Shown piece by piece: positions 7,021 to 16,969 of a stretch of DNA of 64,000 bases. Position numbers and translations under genes: made by a program. Numbering within the stretch: the first letter of the stretch is position 1; each line of letters begins with the position of its first letter. Source of the stretch: Enterobacter phage KKP_3711. The stretch is taken from the sequence record PP579741.1; one strand, 5' to 3'. The notes beneath the pieces were generated by a model, which was not told the origin of the DNA, made no database searches, and worked only from the letters and a program-made list of their open reading frames with translations.

Positions 7021-9069
7021 ATGAGCTTTTTTGCAGGAAGAATTGGTACAAAAACAGTTCTATCCCTCAACAGTGCCAGTGGAGGCGATATAAATGTCCA
7101 TCTTAACCCTAATACCAATACTATTTTCCATAGTGATATGCCATATGTCATAATCCAAGAACAATATTCCGCTAATCTTGGCGCCGTAGGTTCTGACTAT
7201 TATGTGTGTGATATGCCAGCTGCGGTAGCAAACTATGTAAGTAACACTAGCAGAATATTGATTCCTATGTTAACTGTTAATTATGGTGGCGTGGAATATA
7301 ATACTATTCTAGGTGGCGGCTCTATGTCTCTAGGTAACTGTACTGCGGGAGGTACCGAACTAAACCTAGGTACGACAATGGCAACTGCTGAGTGCGGCGC
7401 TCAGCTACGTAATATTTGGGGTTTTTCAAACGACGTTGTTTGGGATACAGGTTACTATACTAAAAGTAGTAGTTTATCTGATGTATTAAGTATTGGTCAA
7501 GGTACTGGTAGAAGTATTGATATAATGAGTGCTAGTCTTTATTACGCTGCTACTTACAGTACAGGCGGAGGTGGTATAGGTATTCCTCCAATTCCAGATT
7601 TAGATCAGTCATACCTATATTTAGCTAGTGGTGCTATCTACAGTGGTAGAATTCCTTCCGTGGACCAAGATGGTAGACTTAGATGGGCTGATGAAGATAG
7701 ACAATATAATACAAAGATAGGTTCTGTTACTCGTACTATTGCTATTAATAGCCACTTCCAAACTCCAACAGGTAGAAGCTTAGGTCATTCTAAATTCTAT
7801 GTTCGCAGAGGTATTGCTGCTCTAGTAAAAGCTTGGCGTGTTAGGTATAACCAAGGAGCAGGTACAGGAGAAACTTTAGTACAAAGATACACTAATAGTT
7901 TTTATGCTCAGTCTGGTGATCGTATAGATGAAGTATGGCAGCGTACTAGTTTCCATTCTAATACCAGTACTGTTATCGCTCCAGATACTACAGGTACTTA
8001 TCTAAACGTAGATTATAAAGCTAGCCTGTATAATATGGTAACGCCTGTCAGAATGACTTGGTTTGTAACTAATGTTACATATAATGAGTCAGCAGGTACT
8101 TATTCTGCTAGTAATCCCTTTACTGTAAATAATGACATTAGATTGTCTCCTTCTGATTTTATTATTAAAGGTGTTAATTTAGGAACTACTGCATGGAGTT
8201 TCTTAATGCAACTTTCTGCTGGTGCCCTTTATAACGCTAATGGCCGTGTTGTGATGGGAGCTAATGGTAGTAGAAGTACTGCCAAGAATGGTAGTTCAGC
8301 AGCAGCTATTCCTATTCCTTACATGTCTGGGACTACCGAAAGATTTATAGGCGGAGATACTACGGATGGTTGGCAGTTACATAAATTAGCATTGTATCAA
8401 TTCAATAGAAATAGACAATGGAAAGTAGATACTAGATCTAATTCAATTAGTAATGCAGAAGGTGATGTATGGAGTCCCGGAGTTAATCCATTAAAAATAT
8501 TTGCTGGTAATAGTTCGGTGGTTAACGTAGGAGGTAATACATTAAACTCCAATACAGGGGAAGTATTATTGACTACCGTTAACTTAGGTATGAATACTAA
8601 TGTACGAGCAGGTTCGGTAATTTGTTCCGTTCAGCTAAGGGATGCCACAGTATTTACATCTGGGGGCTATGGGTCTTTTGTAATATGTTCTCCTAGACCA
8701 GGAAATCCAGAATCTTTGGGACTATCTGCTAGTACTTCTAGAATGAGGACTTCGGGAGGTATTGGTGCAGTACACCATCATTTGTTCTGTACACTTCCTG
8801 TTGGTAGATTTGTGCCTGTTTATGCTATAAGAACCGCTGGATATAACTTTGTGTTAACTCCGTCTTTCCAGCCGCTATGGTTTACCCCTAGTAATGTTCA
8901 AATGAGTAATAGAACTCTAGAATGTTCTTTCATAATTTATTTGAAAAATGAAGGTAATGGTAACGTAGGTATTTATTGTGGTACTGGTCGTAACGCAGAT
9001 GCCGCGGCTATGGGTAACTTCTCTTTCATTTTACCAAACTTACGTATTTCTGTACAGCGTCTCACTTAA
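7021..9069 (+). CDS. oad: receptor-binding tail protein pb5-like (oad)
   Basis: 682 aa. The N-terminus MSFFAG...GGD..H.NP...TIFHSDM and C-terminal ...QRLT resemble my recollection of T5 pb5. AGGAGAG SD. Confidence 0.7.
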   Translation: MSFFAGRIGTKTVLSLNSASGGDINVHLNPNTNTIFHSDMPYVIIQEQYSANLGAVGSDYYVCDMPAAVANYVSNTSRILIPMLTVNYGGVEYNTILGGGSMSLGNCTAGGTELNLGTTMATAECGAQLRNIWGFSNDVVWDTGYYTKSSSLSDVLSIGQGTGRSIDIMSASLYYAATYSTGGGGIGIPPIPDLDQSYLYLASGAIYSGRIPSVDQDGRLRWADEDRQYNTKIGSVTRTIAINSHFQTPTGRSLGHSKFYVRRGIAALVKAWRVRYNQGAGTGETLVQRYTNSFYAQSGDRIDEVWQRTSFHSNTSTVIAPDTTGTYLNVDYKASLYNMVTPVRMTWFVTNVTYNESAGTYSASNPFTVNNDIRLSPSDFIIKGVNLGTTAWSFLMQLSAGALYNANGRVVMGANGSRSTAKNGSSAAAIPIPYMSGTTERFIGGDTTDGWQLHKLALYQFNRNRQWKVDTRSNSISNAEGDVWSPGVNPLKIFAGNSSVVNVGGNTLNSNTGEVLLTTVNLGMNTNVRAGSVICSVQLRDATVFTSGGYGSFVICSPRPGNPESLGLSASTSRMRTSGGIGAVHHHLFCTLPVGRFVPVYAIRTAGYNFVLTPSFQPLWFTPSNVQMSNRTLECSFIIYLKNEGNGNVGIYCGTGRNADAAAMGNFSFILPNLRISVQRLT

Positions 9070-9079
9070 GGAGAAATTA

Positions 9080-9562
9080 ATGAGCACAGATGTATTAGTA
9101 CCAGAAGAAATGTCACCTGAAGGTATGCGTGTCGTTGAGGCCTACCTTGATTGTGGCTCTGATATCACCCAAGTAGGAGATTACTTGGGTATGCCTCAGG
9201 AAACGGTTATGGCAATCTATAATCGTCCTGAAGTTAAACATTATATTACCACTCTTTTTATGGAGAGTGGTTTCCGTAATCGAGATAAGTTCTTTGGGGT
9301 TATGGATGAAATTGTTAAGAAAAAGCTAGAAGATTTAGAAGAATCCGAATTAGGTTCTGATGCAGATATTCTTGAGATTATGAAAGTATACCATAAAATG
9401 AAGATGGATGAAATGGCTATGCAAATCAAACTACTAGAAGCTCAGACTAAGGTAAGAACACCAACTACTCAAACTAATATTCAGAATAACTTCAATCTTC
9501 CAGGGTCGGATGATGGCAACTATATGGCGCTTATGAATCGACTTTCAGGAGCTAGAAAGTAA
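9080..9562 (+). CDS. putative terminase small subunit / DNA-binding protein
   Basis: ATG at 9080 with AAGGAGA SD (in frame within listed ORF 8978..9562). Lies immediately upstream of, and is translationally coupled (ATGA overlap) to, the large terminase. Confidence 0.45.
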   Translation: MSTDVLVPEEMSPEGMRVVEAYLDCGSDITQVGDYLGMPQETVMAIYNRPEVKHYITTLFMESGFRNRDKFFGVMDEIVKKKLEDLEESELGSDADILEIMKVYHKMKMDEMAMQIKLLEAQTKVRTPTTQTNIQNNFNLPGSDDGNYMALMNRLSGARK

Positions 9563-10881
9563 TGAAGGTATCTCGTGATTATTTGAACTGTACAGAACTG
9601 CTACAGTTTCCCGTAGAGGATAGATTTTTTGCTCTTCAAGTAGAAAGTTTACTAGAAACTGAAGGTATTATACCTAATGGGCCTCAGATTGCTATTGTTA
9701 ATGCCATTAATGACCCTAGACATCGTTTCGTAACTGCTTGTGTGTCACGACGTGTTGGTAAATCATTCATCGCTTATACTCTAGGATTCTTAAAGCTGCT
9801 AGAGCCAAATGTTAAAGTTCTGGTAGTAGCTCCAAACTACTCTCTAGCAAACATTGGATGGACTCAGATTAAAGGTCTGGTTCGTAAATATGGGCTTGAG
9901 ACTATTAAAGAGAACGCCAAAGATAAGGAGCTAGAACTTTCTAATGGTTCTTTATTTAAACTGGCATCTGCCGGTCAAGCGGACTCCGCAGTTGGTCGTT
10001 CTTATGACTTTATCATATTTGACGAAGCAGCTATCTCTTCTAAAGGTGGAGATGCCTTCGAAATTCAGTTACGTCCTACACTAGATAAGCCTAACTCTAA
10101 GGCTCTGTTTATCTCTACTCCTCGTGGTGCTAACTGGTTTAAAGAGTTCTATGAGCGTGGATTCAGTCCAGATCCTATGTTGTCTAAGTGGGTATCTATC
10201 CATGGTACATATAAAGATAACCCTCGCGTATCTGAAGCCGATATTGAGGAAGCTAAGAAAACTGTTACTAATGCATACTTCCGTCAGGAATATGAGGCAG
10301 ACTTCTCAGTATTCGAAGGTCAGATCTTCGAAGAGTTCGATGCTAAGATTCATGTTAGAGACTTTAGCAGAGAGAAAGAATTCTTTGCTAGTAATGAATT
10401 TGAAAATATTCTTGGTATTGACGTAGGTTATCGTGACCCAACAGCAGTACTAACGGTGAAGTATCATTATGATGATGATATTTACTACGTTATGGAAGAA
10501 TATGAAGAGAAGGAAAAGACTACTAGTGAGCATGCTGCTTATATTCACACTGTTGAAGAGAAATACGAAATTGATCGTATCTTCGTAGATGCTGCTGCGG
10601 CGCAGTTCCGTAATGACTTAGCTTATGAGCATGATATTGCATCTGCACCTGCTAAGAAATCAGTGCTTGATGGTCTAGCACTTCTACAAACTCTATTCCA
10701 TCAGAACAAAATTATTGTTAGTACAGAATGTCCAAGACTTATACATGCTCTAGCAAACTATAAGTGGGACTTCGATGAGACTAGTGATAAGTTAGTGAAA
10801 GAGAAGCCATTACACGATGGTAACTCACACTTATGTGATGCTCTCCGCTATGCAATTTATTCTATCCAAAGGGGTAAATAA
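9562..10881 (+). CDS. terL: terminase large subunit
   Basis: 439 aa. Walker A (CVSRRVGKS), Walker B (IFDEAA) and a C-terminal nuclease-like region. Size matches T5 TerL. Confidence 0.85.
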   Translation: MKVSRDYLNCTELLQFPVEDRFFALQVESLLETEGIIPNGPQIAIVNAINDPRHRFVTACVSRRVGKSFIAYTLGFLKLLEPNVKVLVVAPNYSLANIGWTQIKGLVRKYGLETIKENAKDKELELSNGSLFKLASAGQADSAVGRSYDFIIFDEAAISSKGGDAFEIQLRPTLDKPNSKALFISTPRGANWFKEFYERGFSPDPMLSKWVSIHGTYKDNPRVSEADIEEAKKTVTNAYFRQEYEADFSVFEGQIFEEFDAKIHVRDFSREKEFFASNEFENILGIDVGYRDPTAVLTVKYHYDDDIYYVMEEYEEKEKTTSEHAAYIHTVEEKYEIDRIFVDAAAAQFRNDLAYEHDIASAPAKKSVLDGLALLQTLFHQNKIIVSTECPRLIHALANYKWDFDETSDKLVKEKPLHDGNSHLCDALRYAIYSIQRGK

Positions 10882-11000
10882 GAGCTGAATACACTCTATT
10901 TTGCCGAATTATAAATGCTACTTTACAAGTGGGATAATATTATATATACTATCTGTATCAGTTGAGGATAATATATCCCACAGTAAAAAAGGAACAAATA

Positions 11001-11432
11001 ATGGCAACTAATACTAAATATAAAAGAAGTGCCATTGCTTTGATGCGAGATGGTATCAAAGCAAACTATAAAAAAGATTCCTGCTGCGCAATCTGTGACG
11101 TAGATCACGAATTAGAATTGCACCACTACAATACGGTGTCCTTACTAGTAAAAAACTTTGCCAAAGAATTCCAACTGGATTTCAATGATGAAGATATCGT
11201 CCTAAGCAATAGGACGGCATTTTATGATAAATACTGGCACGAGCTAGTAGAGGACACTGTTACTTTATGTGCGGAGCATCATAAGCTATTGCACAAAATA
11301 TACACAAAAGAACCTCCACTTCATACTGCTTCCAAGCAGAAAAATTGGGTAGCGGTTCAACGCAACAAGCTACAGAATCCGAAAGAAAAGAAAATCACCT
11401 CTAAAAAATCGGGTTTCGGAAAGTTCTTATAA
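11001..11432 (+). CDS. HNH homing-type endonuclease
   Basis: CAICD...HHYN...CAEHHKLLH HNH/zinc motif. ATG at 11001 with AAAAGGA SD; the track start at 10962 is a TTG. Confidence 0.7.
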   Translation: MATNTKYKRSAIALMRDGIKANYKKDSCCAICDVDHELELHHYNTVSLLVKNFAKEFQLDFNDEDIVLSNRTAFYDKYWHELVEDTVTLCAEHHKLLHKIYTKEPPLHTASKQKNWVAVQRNKLQNPKEKKITSKKSGFGKFL

Positions 11433-12641
11433 ATGGGTATTAAAAGCTGGATAATTGAAAAACTTAATCCTGTGCAGAATATAATGCGCGATTATGAACC
11501 CAATAGTGAAAGAACTCTTCGCCAACCTTATACCGCTTCCGCTGCATATAGAACCATTGGACTAGTAAACCGTATCGTGAATATGGTAGTTGATGGTGCA
11601 GCAGAGTGTGATTATGAAGTTGGCGAACAAAATAAAGGGATTCTTTCCTATGGGACCATAAAGGGTGTAACTTTAGATAAGCTTCTAAATGTTCAACCCA
11701 ACCCATTCATGGATATAAGTACTTTCCGTAGATTGATCGTAACAGATCTTCTGTTTGAAGGTTGCGCTTATATTCATTTTGATGGTTCAGCATTATATCA
11801 TATACCTGCATGGAATATGGAAGTTAAAGCAGACAGCAAAAAATATATAAATTCGTTTGTCTTTAATGGTAATGTTAACATTCCTGTGAACGAAGTTATC
11901 TTCATTAAAGATAACGCATTCATTCATGGAGCTACTTCTCAAGTATCAGGACAATCTCGTATTCAGACTGTTCTTGGCTCATTAGAAAAAATGTCCAAGA
12001 TGCAGGAGTTTAAAGAAAAATTCTTAGATAACGGTACAGTTATCGGGCTAATTCTAGAGACTGACGAGGTTCTGAACAAAAAATTACGCGAACGTAAGCA
12101 ACAAGAACTGCAATTAGACTATAATCCACGTACTGGACAGTCAACAGTTCTAATCCTAGATGGTGGTATGAAGGCTAAGCCTTACTCACAAATTTCATCT
12201 TTCAAAGATTTAGACTTTGAAAACGATTTGAAACGTTATACTAGTGATGTATGTGTTACGTTAGGTGTCCCAGAATTGCTAATACAAGGTGGTAACAACG
12301 CGAATATTCGTCCGAACATTGATTTGTTCTACTATATGACGATTATTCCAATGCTTAAGAAATACTCAAGCGCTGTTTCCTTCTTCTTTGGCTTTAAAGT
12401 TAAGCCAACGCTATCTGAGGTAACTGCATTAACGCCTGATCGTGATGCAGAAGCGAAATATCTAACCTCCTTGGTTAACAATGGTATTATGACAGGTAAT
12501 GAGGCTCGTAAAGAACTTCGTCTAGAAGAGATAGATGACCCTCAAATGCAGAAAATCAGGATACCTGCCAACGTTGCCGGTTCTGCTACTGGAATTAGTG
12601 GGCAGGAAGGCGGTAGACCAACCGAAGAGGATAATAAATGA
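11433..12641 (+). CDS. portal protein (pb7-like)
   Basis: 402 aa, directly after the terminase block and before the protease and capsid genes. Size as T5 portal. Confidence 0.75.
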   Translation: MGIKSWIIEKLNPVQNIMRDYEPNSERTLRQPYTASAAYRTIGLVNRIVNMVVDGAAECDYEVGEQNKGILSYGTIKGVTLDKLLNVQPNPFMDISTFRRLIVTDLLFEGCAYIHFDGSALYHIPAWNMEVKADSKKYINSFVFNGNVNIPVNEVIFIKDNAFIHGATSQVSGQSRIQTVLGSLEKMSKMQEFKEKFLDNGTVIGLILETDEVLNKKLRERKQQELQLDYNPRTGQSTVLILDGGMKAKPYSQISSFKDLDFENDLKRYTSDVCVTLGVPELLIQGGNNANIRPNIDLFYYMTIIPMLKKYSSAVSFFFGFKVKPTLSEVTALTPDRDAEAKYLTSLVNNGIMTGNEARKELRLEEIDDPQMQKIRIPANVAGSATGISGQEGGRPTEEDNK

Positions 12642-13117
12642 TTGATTATAGTGCTTTAGAGGCTATTTTCGGCAAAACTCTTCCAAGATCCGATATCTTT
12701 TTCGCAACAAGAGCTGCTAGAGCGATTGTTCCAGGATATGCGGCTTTACGTAGAGAGTTTGGACTATCATCCGCTCATACTAATCGTAAAGTTTGGAAGA
12801 TGTTTATGGCTAAATATGCCGAAGAAACAGCTGAAACTACAGTTCCAGTAACTGGTGTAACAGTAGCTCCTACAACAGCTACCTTAGCACCTGGAGCTAC
12901 GCAACAGCTGACTCCTACAGTTGCACCTGCTAATGCAACTAATAAGTCCGTGACTTATAGTTCTAGTGATGAAGCCGTAGCTACCGTTAGTGTAGTAGGT
13001 CTTATTACTGTAAAAGCTGATGCTACTGATGGACAAACTGCTAATATTACAGTAACTACTGCTGACGGTGCTAAAACTGCTGTTTGTGTAGTAACTGTTG
13101 AAACCGGAGAAGCCTAA
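12638..13117 (+). CDS. capsid decoration protein with C-terminal Ig-like (BIG2) domain (pb10-like)
   Basis: 159 aa. The C-terminal VTGVTVAP..TATLAPGATQQLTPT...TVTTADG is a bacterial Ig-like fold signature. Confidence 0.6.
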   Translation: MIDYSALEAIFGKTLPRSDIFFATRAARAIVPGYAALRREFGLSSAHTNRKVWKMFMAKYAEETAETTVPVTGVTVAPTTATLAPGATQQLTPTVAPANATNKSVTYSSSDEAVATVSVVGLITVKADATDGQTANITVTTADGAKTAVCVVTVETGEA

Positions 13118-13752
13118 TGGAAAACGTGGTTCACTTAGATAAAAATCTAAAGAACCCCGTTCACCTAGATGCTACGATCAAAGCTATTGAAGCTACAGAT
13201 AAATCTCTTAAAATTCGTGGATTTGCTAATACCATTAGTAAAGACCGCGCTGGTGATGTTATCGTAGCCTCTGCTTGGACAACTTCAAATGCTCTCAAGA
13301 ACTACATGAAAAACCCAATCATTTTGTTTGGACATGATCATGAACGTCCTATTGGTAAGTGTATCGATATGGTGCCTACTGAAATGGGATTAGAAATTGA
13401 AGCTGAAATCTTTGAAGATGCAGATCCTAGTATTTTTAGTCTTATCAAAAACGGGGTTTTAAAAACTTTCAGTGTTGGGTTCCGTATTCTCGATGCAGAT
13501 TGGGATGATGATACTCACACATTTATGATTCTAGACCTGGAACTATTTGAAGTATCAGTAGTTTCTGTTCCATGCAACCAAGATTCTACATTTAATCTTG
13601 CAAAAAGTATGAATGGCCTAGACTATATGGATTTAAGAAGTAAATTCGCAAAACAACAGGATTCTGAGGCTAAGTCTAAAACGCCAGAAGAATCAAATTT
13701 GACAGAAATCGAGAAGCTTTGTATGGCTCTTGGATTGACAATAGAGGAATAA
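13117..13752 (+). CDS. prohead protease (pb11-like)
   Basis: 211 aa between the decoration and major capsid genes. ATGG start-stop overlap. Confidence 0.65.
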   Translation: MENVVHLDKNLKNPVHLDATIKAIEATDKSLKIRGFANTISKDRAGDVIVASAWTTSNALKNYMKNPIILFGHDHERPIGKCIDMVPTEMGLEIEAEIFEDADPSIFSLIKNGVLKTFSVGFRILDADWDDDTHTFMILDLELFEVSVVSVPCNQDSTFNLAKSMNGLDYMDLRSKFAKQQDSEAKSKTPEESNLTEIEKLCMALGLTIEE

Positions 13753-13757
13753 TTTAA

Positions 13758-15131
13758 ATGTCTTTTGATTTAGAAAAACTGCGTAAAGAACTTGGTCTTG
13801 ACACTATTACTGACGCTCTGAAAGCTCAGGAAGATGCTCGTAAGGCTGAAGAAGCTCGTAAAGCTGCTGAAGCTGCTAAAGCCGCTGAAGAAGCTCGTAT
13901 GAAGAAGATGGTAGATGAAGCTACTGGCGAAACTAAAGAAAAGCTGGAAGCTGCTCTGGGCATCATCAAAGAGTTCTCTGACTCTAAGAAAACTTCTGAC
14001 GAAGAATTCGCTAAGAAGCTGAATGATAGCCAAGAAACTATCGTTATGCTGCAAGATCAGGTTAAACAACTGTTAGCTGCTCGCGAAGGTAAAGGTTTCG
14101 TTTCTAACGCAATCACCCACGCAATGTTCGGCGACCAGAAAGGTTTCGAAGAAGAAGTAGAAAAAGTAGTTCTGCTTTCCTATATCATGGAAAAAGGTAT
14201 CTTTGATACTGAATATGGTGCTGCTCACCAGAAGGCTGTTAACTCTAGCTCTTCTATTGAAGTTTCTACCGAAAACTACGAAACTATCTTCTCCACCCGT
14301 ATCCTGCGTGATATTGAAGCTGAGCTGAAAATTGGTCGTATGTTCACTGAACTCCCAATGTCCAGCAAAAACCTGACTATGCTGGTTGAGCCAGAAGCTG
14401 GTGAAGCGAGCTGGGTAGATGCTTCTACTTACGGTACTCCTGCTACTACTGGTGACGAGCTGAAAACTAAGCTGGGCGAAGTTTCCTTCCGTACCTTCAA
14501 GCTGGCTGCTAAGTCTTTCATCACTGATGAAACTGAGGAAGATGCAATCATCTCTCTGCTGCCTATCCTGCGTCGTCGTCTGATCGAAGCACATGCTGTT
14601 TCTATCGAGAAGGCTTTCCTGTTAGGTGATGGTAATGGTAAACCAACTGGTCTGGTTACTTTTGCACAGAATGATAATGCAGTATTCACTGCTGAAGCAA
14701 ATGCTGATGGTTCTGTATCTGTAACTGCTGCACAGATTCAGTCTATGCGTCGTATGCTGGGTCGTAAAGGTCTCGACCGTTCTAAGCTGGCTCTGGTTAT
14801 CTCCATGGATGCTTATTACGATCTGCTGACTGATGAAGAATGGCAGGACGTTGCTCAGGTTGGTGATGCTTCTGTGAAACTGACTGGTGAAGTAGGTCGT
14901 ATCTACGGTATCCCAGTTGTTGTTTCTGAGTACTTCCCTGATCGTGCTGCTGGTGCTGTATTCGGTGTTCTGGTTTATCGCGATAACTTCGTGGTTCCAC
15001 GTCAGCGTCAGGTAACTGTTGAGCGTGAACGTCAGGCAGAGCGTCAGCGTGATGCTTACTACGTTACTCAGCGTGTTAACCTACAGCGTTTCTTCGAAAA
15101 CGGTGTTGCTGCAATCAAATATGCTGCTTAA
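13758..15131 (+). CDS. major capsid protein with N-terminal scaffolding (delta) domain (pb8-like)
   Basis: 457 aa. N-terminal coiled-coil, Ala/Glu/Lys-rich region (EDARKAEEARKAAEAAKAAEEAR). Strong terminator immediately downstream. Confidence 0.85.
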   Translation: MSFDLEKLRKELGLDTITDALKAQEDARKAEEARKAAEAAKAAEEARMKKMVDEATGETKEKLEAALGIIKEFSDSKKTSDEEFAKKLNDSQETIVMLQDQVKQLLAAREGKGFVSNAITHAMFGDQKGFEEEVEKVVLLSYIMEKGIFDTEYGAAHQKAVNSSSSIEVSTENYETIFSTRILRDIEAELKIGRMFTELPMSSKNLTMLVEPEAGEASWVDASTYGTPATTGDELKTKLGEVSFRTFKLAAKSFITDETEEDAIISLLPILRRRLIEAHAVSIEKAFLLGDGNGKPTGLVTFAQNDNAVFTAEANADGSVSVTAAQIQSMRRMLGRKGLDRSKLALVISMDAYYDLLTDEEWQDVAQVGDASVKLTGEVGRIYGIPVVVSEYFPDRAAGAVFGVLVYRDNFVVPRQRQVTVERERQAERQRDAYYVTQRVNLQRFFENGVAAIKYAA

Positions 15132-15151
15132 TAGGCACTAATTGCCGGATA

Positions 15152-15180
15152 AAGGAGAGCTTCGGCTCTCCTTTTTTATT
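15152..15180 (+). terminator. rho-independent terminator after the major capsid gene
   Basis: AAGGAGAGC-TTCG-GCTCTCCTT hairpin followed by TTTTTTATT. Confidence 0.8.
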
Positions 15181-15191
15181 ATGGGTACTAC

Positions 15192-15701
15192 ATGGAAATT
15201 TTAACCGAAGATGATTACAGAATCTATGCGGGGCTTAAAAGACCTGAAGTAGATCCTAAAGTTCAACAGCTTATTAAAGCGGCTAATGCTCATGTTATTA
15301 AATACTTGAATATAGAAACTAGTCCTATTAGTAAAATTCAAGTAAATAGAAATAGAGATACTTACTTCCTAGATGCTATAGAAGCCACATCAATTGCTTC
15401 TGTTACTAGAATGGGGAGCACAGAGCCAGTTGACGTAGGGAGTTACTTCTTACAAGCTCCAGGTGTTTTAGTATTTACAACTGTTCCAATTGAAGGTTGG
15501 TATACTGTTGTAACAGATTCTGATCCTTTAGCTGTCACAGACGATTTAAAAACCGCTGTCTATCTTTTAGTACAGTATTGGGATAAAAATGAATACAGAG
15601 ATAGTAGAACATTTGGTGGAGAAACTGTTGCTTTCACCAACCAAAATACAGGTATGCCAAAACATATTCGTACTATCTTAGAACTATACCGTAATATCTA
15701 A
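15192..15701 (+). CDS. head completion / connector protein (p144-like)
   Basis: 169 aa, at the position of the T5 head-completion gene. Confidence 0.45.
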   Translation: MEILTEDDYRIYAGLKRPEVDPKVQQLIKAANAHVIKYLNIETSPISKIQVNRNRDTYFLDAIEATSIASVTRMGSTEPVDVGSYFLQAPGVLVFTTVPIEGWYTVVTDSDPLAVTDDLKTAVYLLVQYWDKNEYRDSRTFGGETVAFTNQNTGMPKHIRTILELYRNI

Positions 15702-16468
15702 TGGCTTTATCTGATATTGCAAGAAGCATCATTAAGGATCAACTTGATACTAACAAAGGTGGTGCTTCCACTCGAAATAGCGTAACCTATGAAGTCGCAA
15801 CAGGACTCATAGATCCTGAGAAGGACGGCACAGTAGCTTCTGTAAGTTTTTCTTTCTCTAAACCAGTATCTGAAGATTTACTACTGACACAAACTGCTGC
15901 TATTCTTAATAGAATAACTCAAGCATTAGATGTTAATATGGATACTCAGGTTGTTAATTCTTTATTTGCAAAAATACTTGGACAAAAATCTGCTGCTAAG
16001 ATTGGTAGAAAGAGAACAAAAGGCAGTGTACAAGTAAACTTTGGAGATCCAGAGGATGCAGATGGAGAAGCCGGTTCAATTCGTGGTATATCAGGAAGAT
16101 ATATTTCACAATCTAACTTTAAAGCTGCTCTAGAACTATTAGCTAAGGCTTATCTTATTAAAGATATGCAGTCTCCTGGTGCTCCACTTAAGTTTAGAAC
16201 AGGTAGATTTGCAAACTCCCTTCGAATTAAAGATGTGGTTCAACGTCAGCAAAAAGCTGGTGATGCTCCAGAGCTTAATGTGTCTTACAATTACATGACA
16301 CGACCTTACTCCGTATTTGATCCTAGAGTCTCTACTTATAGAAATTTATCACTTAGACCTTTCCGTGGGGCACGAAATCCACAAGCTTTGATAGGTGAAG
16401 CCATAGCAAAAGCACTAAGAGATATTGTACACTCTAGATATAGATTGGTTGTAAGACAAGGAACTTAA
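15701..16468 (+). CDS. hypothetical head-tail joining protein
   Basis: 255-aa ORF with ATGG overlap. Confidence 0.4.
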   Translation: MALSDIARSIIKDQLDTNKGGASTRNSVTYEVATGLIDPEKDGTVASVSFSFSKPVSEDLLLTQTAAILNRITQALDVNMDTQVVNSLFAKILGQKSAAKIGRKRTKGSVQVNFGDPEDADGEAGSIRGISGRYISQSNFKAALELLAKAYLIKDMQSPGAPLKFRTGRFANSLRIKDVVQRQQKAGDAPELNVSYNYMTRPYSVFDPRVSTYRNLSLRPFRGARNPQALIGEAIAKALRDIVHSRYRLVVRQGT

Positions 16469-16469
16469 T

Positions 16470-16949
16470 ATGGATTACAGAACTAGTATAACTGAGGCAC
16501 TGCGCCAGAAAATTTCTGATGAACTAGATGGCTCTAAGCCTGATGTATATTGGAATAATTTATTTGGTAATGTAGAACGAAAGGCATTTAAGTTTGAGGA
16601 AATAAACGAATTCCCATTCATTGGCTTACATATTGGCCCAGAATCTTTCGAGTACTTACCTTCCCGTCAGCAATGGATATATCTAGACATCTCTGTGCTT
16701 CTTTATGTTAGGAATGAGGGGGATGTTCAAGATCAACTTGAAAAATTGATCGCGGATGTAAAAACCATAATTGACAGTGACATGGATTTGACGTATACTA
16801 TAAATAAACCTGATGGGTCTACTTCGGTTGGCAAGGTAACTCAGATAACGATGAACTCTGTCAGCACTGATGAAGGCCTGCTTGATCCGTTTGGATTTGC
16901 GGAAATCAGTGTAACTTGTAGATATACACCTGATAAAAGACTATTTTAA
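16470..16949 (+). CDS. tail terminator protein (p142-like)
   Basis: 159 aa immediately upstream of the tail tube gene. Confidence 0.45.
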   Translation: MDYRTSITEALRQKISDELDGSKPDVYWNNLFGNVERKAFKFEEINEFPFIGLHIGPESFEYLPSRQQWIYLDISVLLYVRNEGDVQDQLEKLIADVKTIIDSDMDLTYTINKPDGSTSVGKVTQITMNSVSTDEGLLDPFGFAEISVTCRYTPDKRLF

Positions 16950-16969
16950 TAATAGGAGTGTAATTATAA

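Noticed and set aside
8978-9079. Upstream extension of the terminase-small ORF overlapping the pb5 stop
   Set aside because: The ATG at 9080 has a strong AAGGAGA SD, whereas the 8978 start would overlap 90 nt of the pb5 gene without an SD.
13770-14689. Antisense ORFs of 99, 173 and 86 aa inside the major capsid gene
   Set aside because: They are opposite strand to a very well supported capsid ORF and arise from its codon bias.
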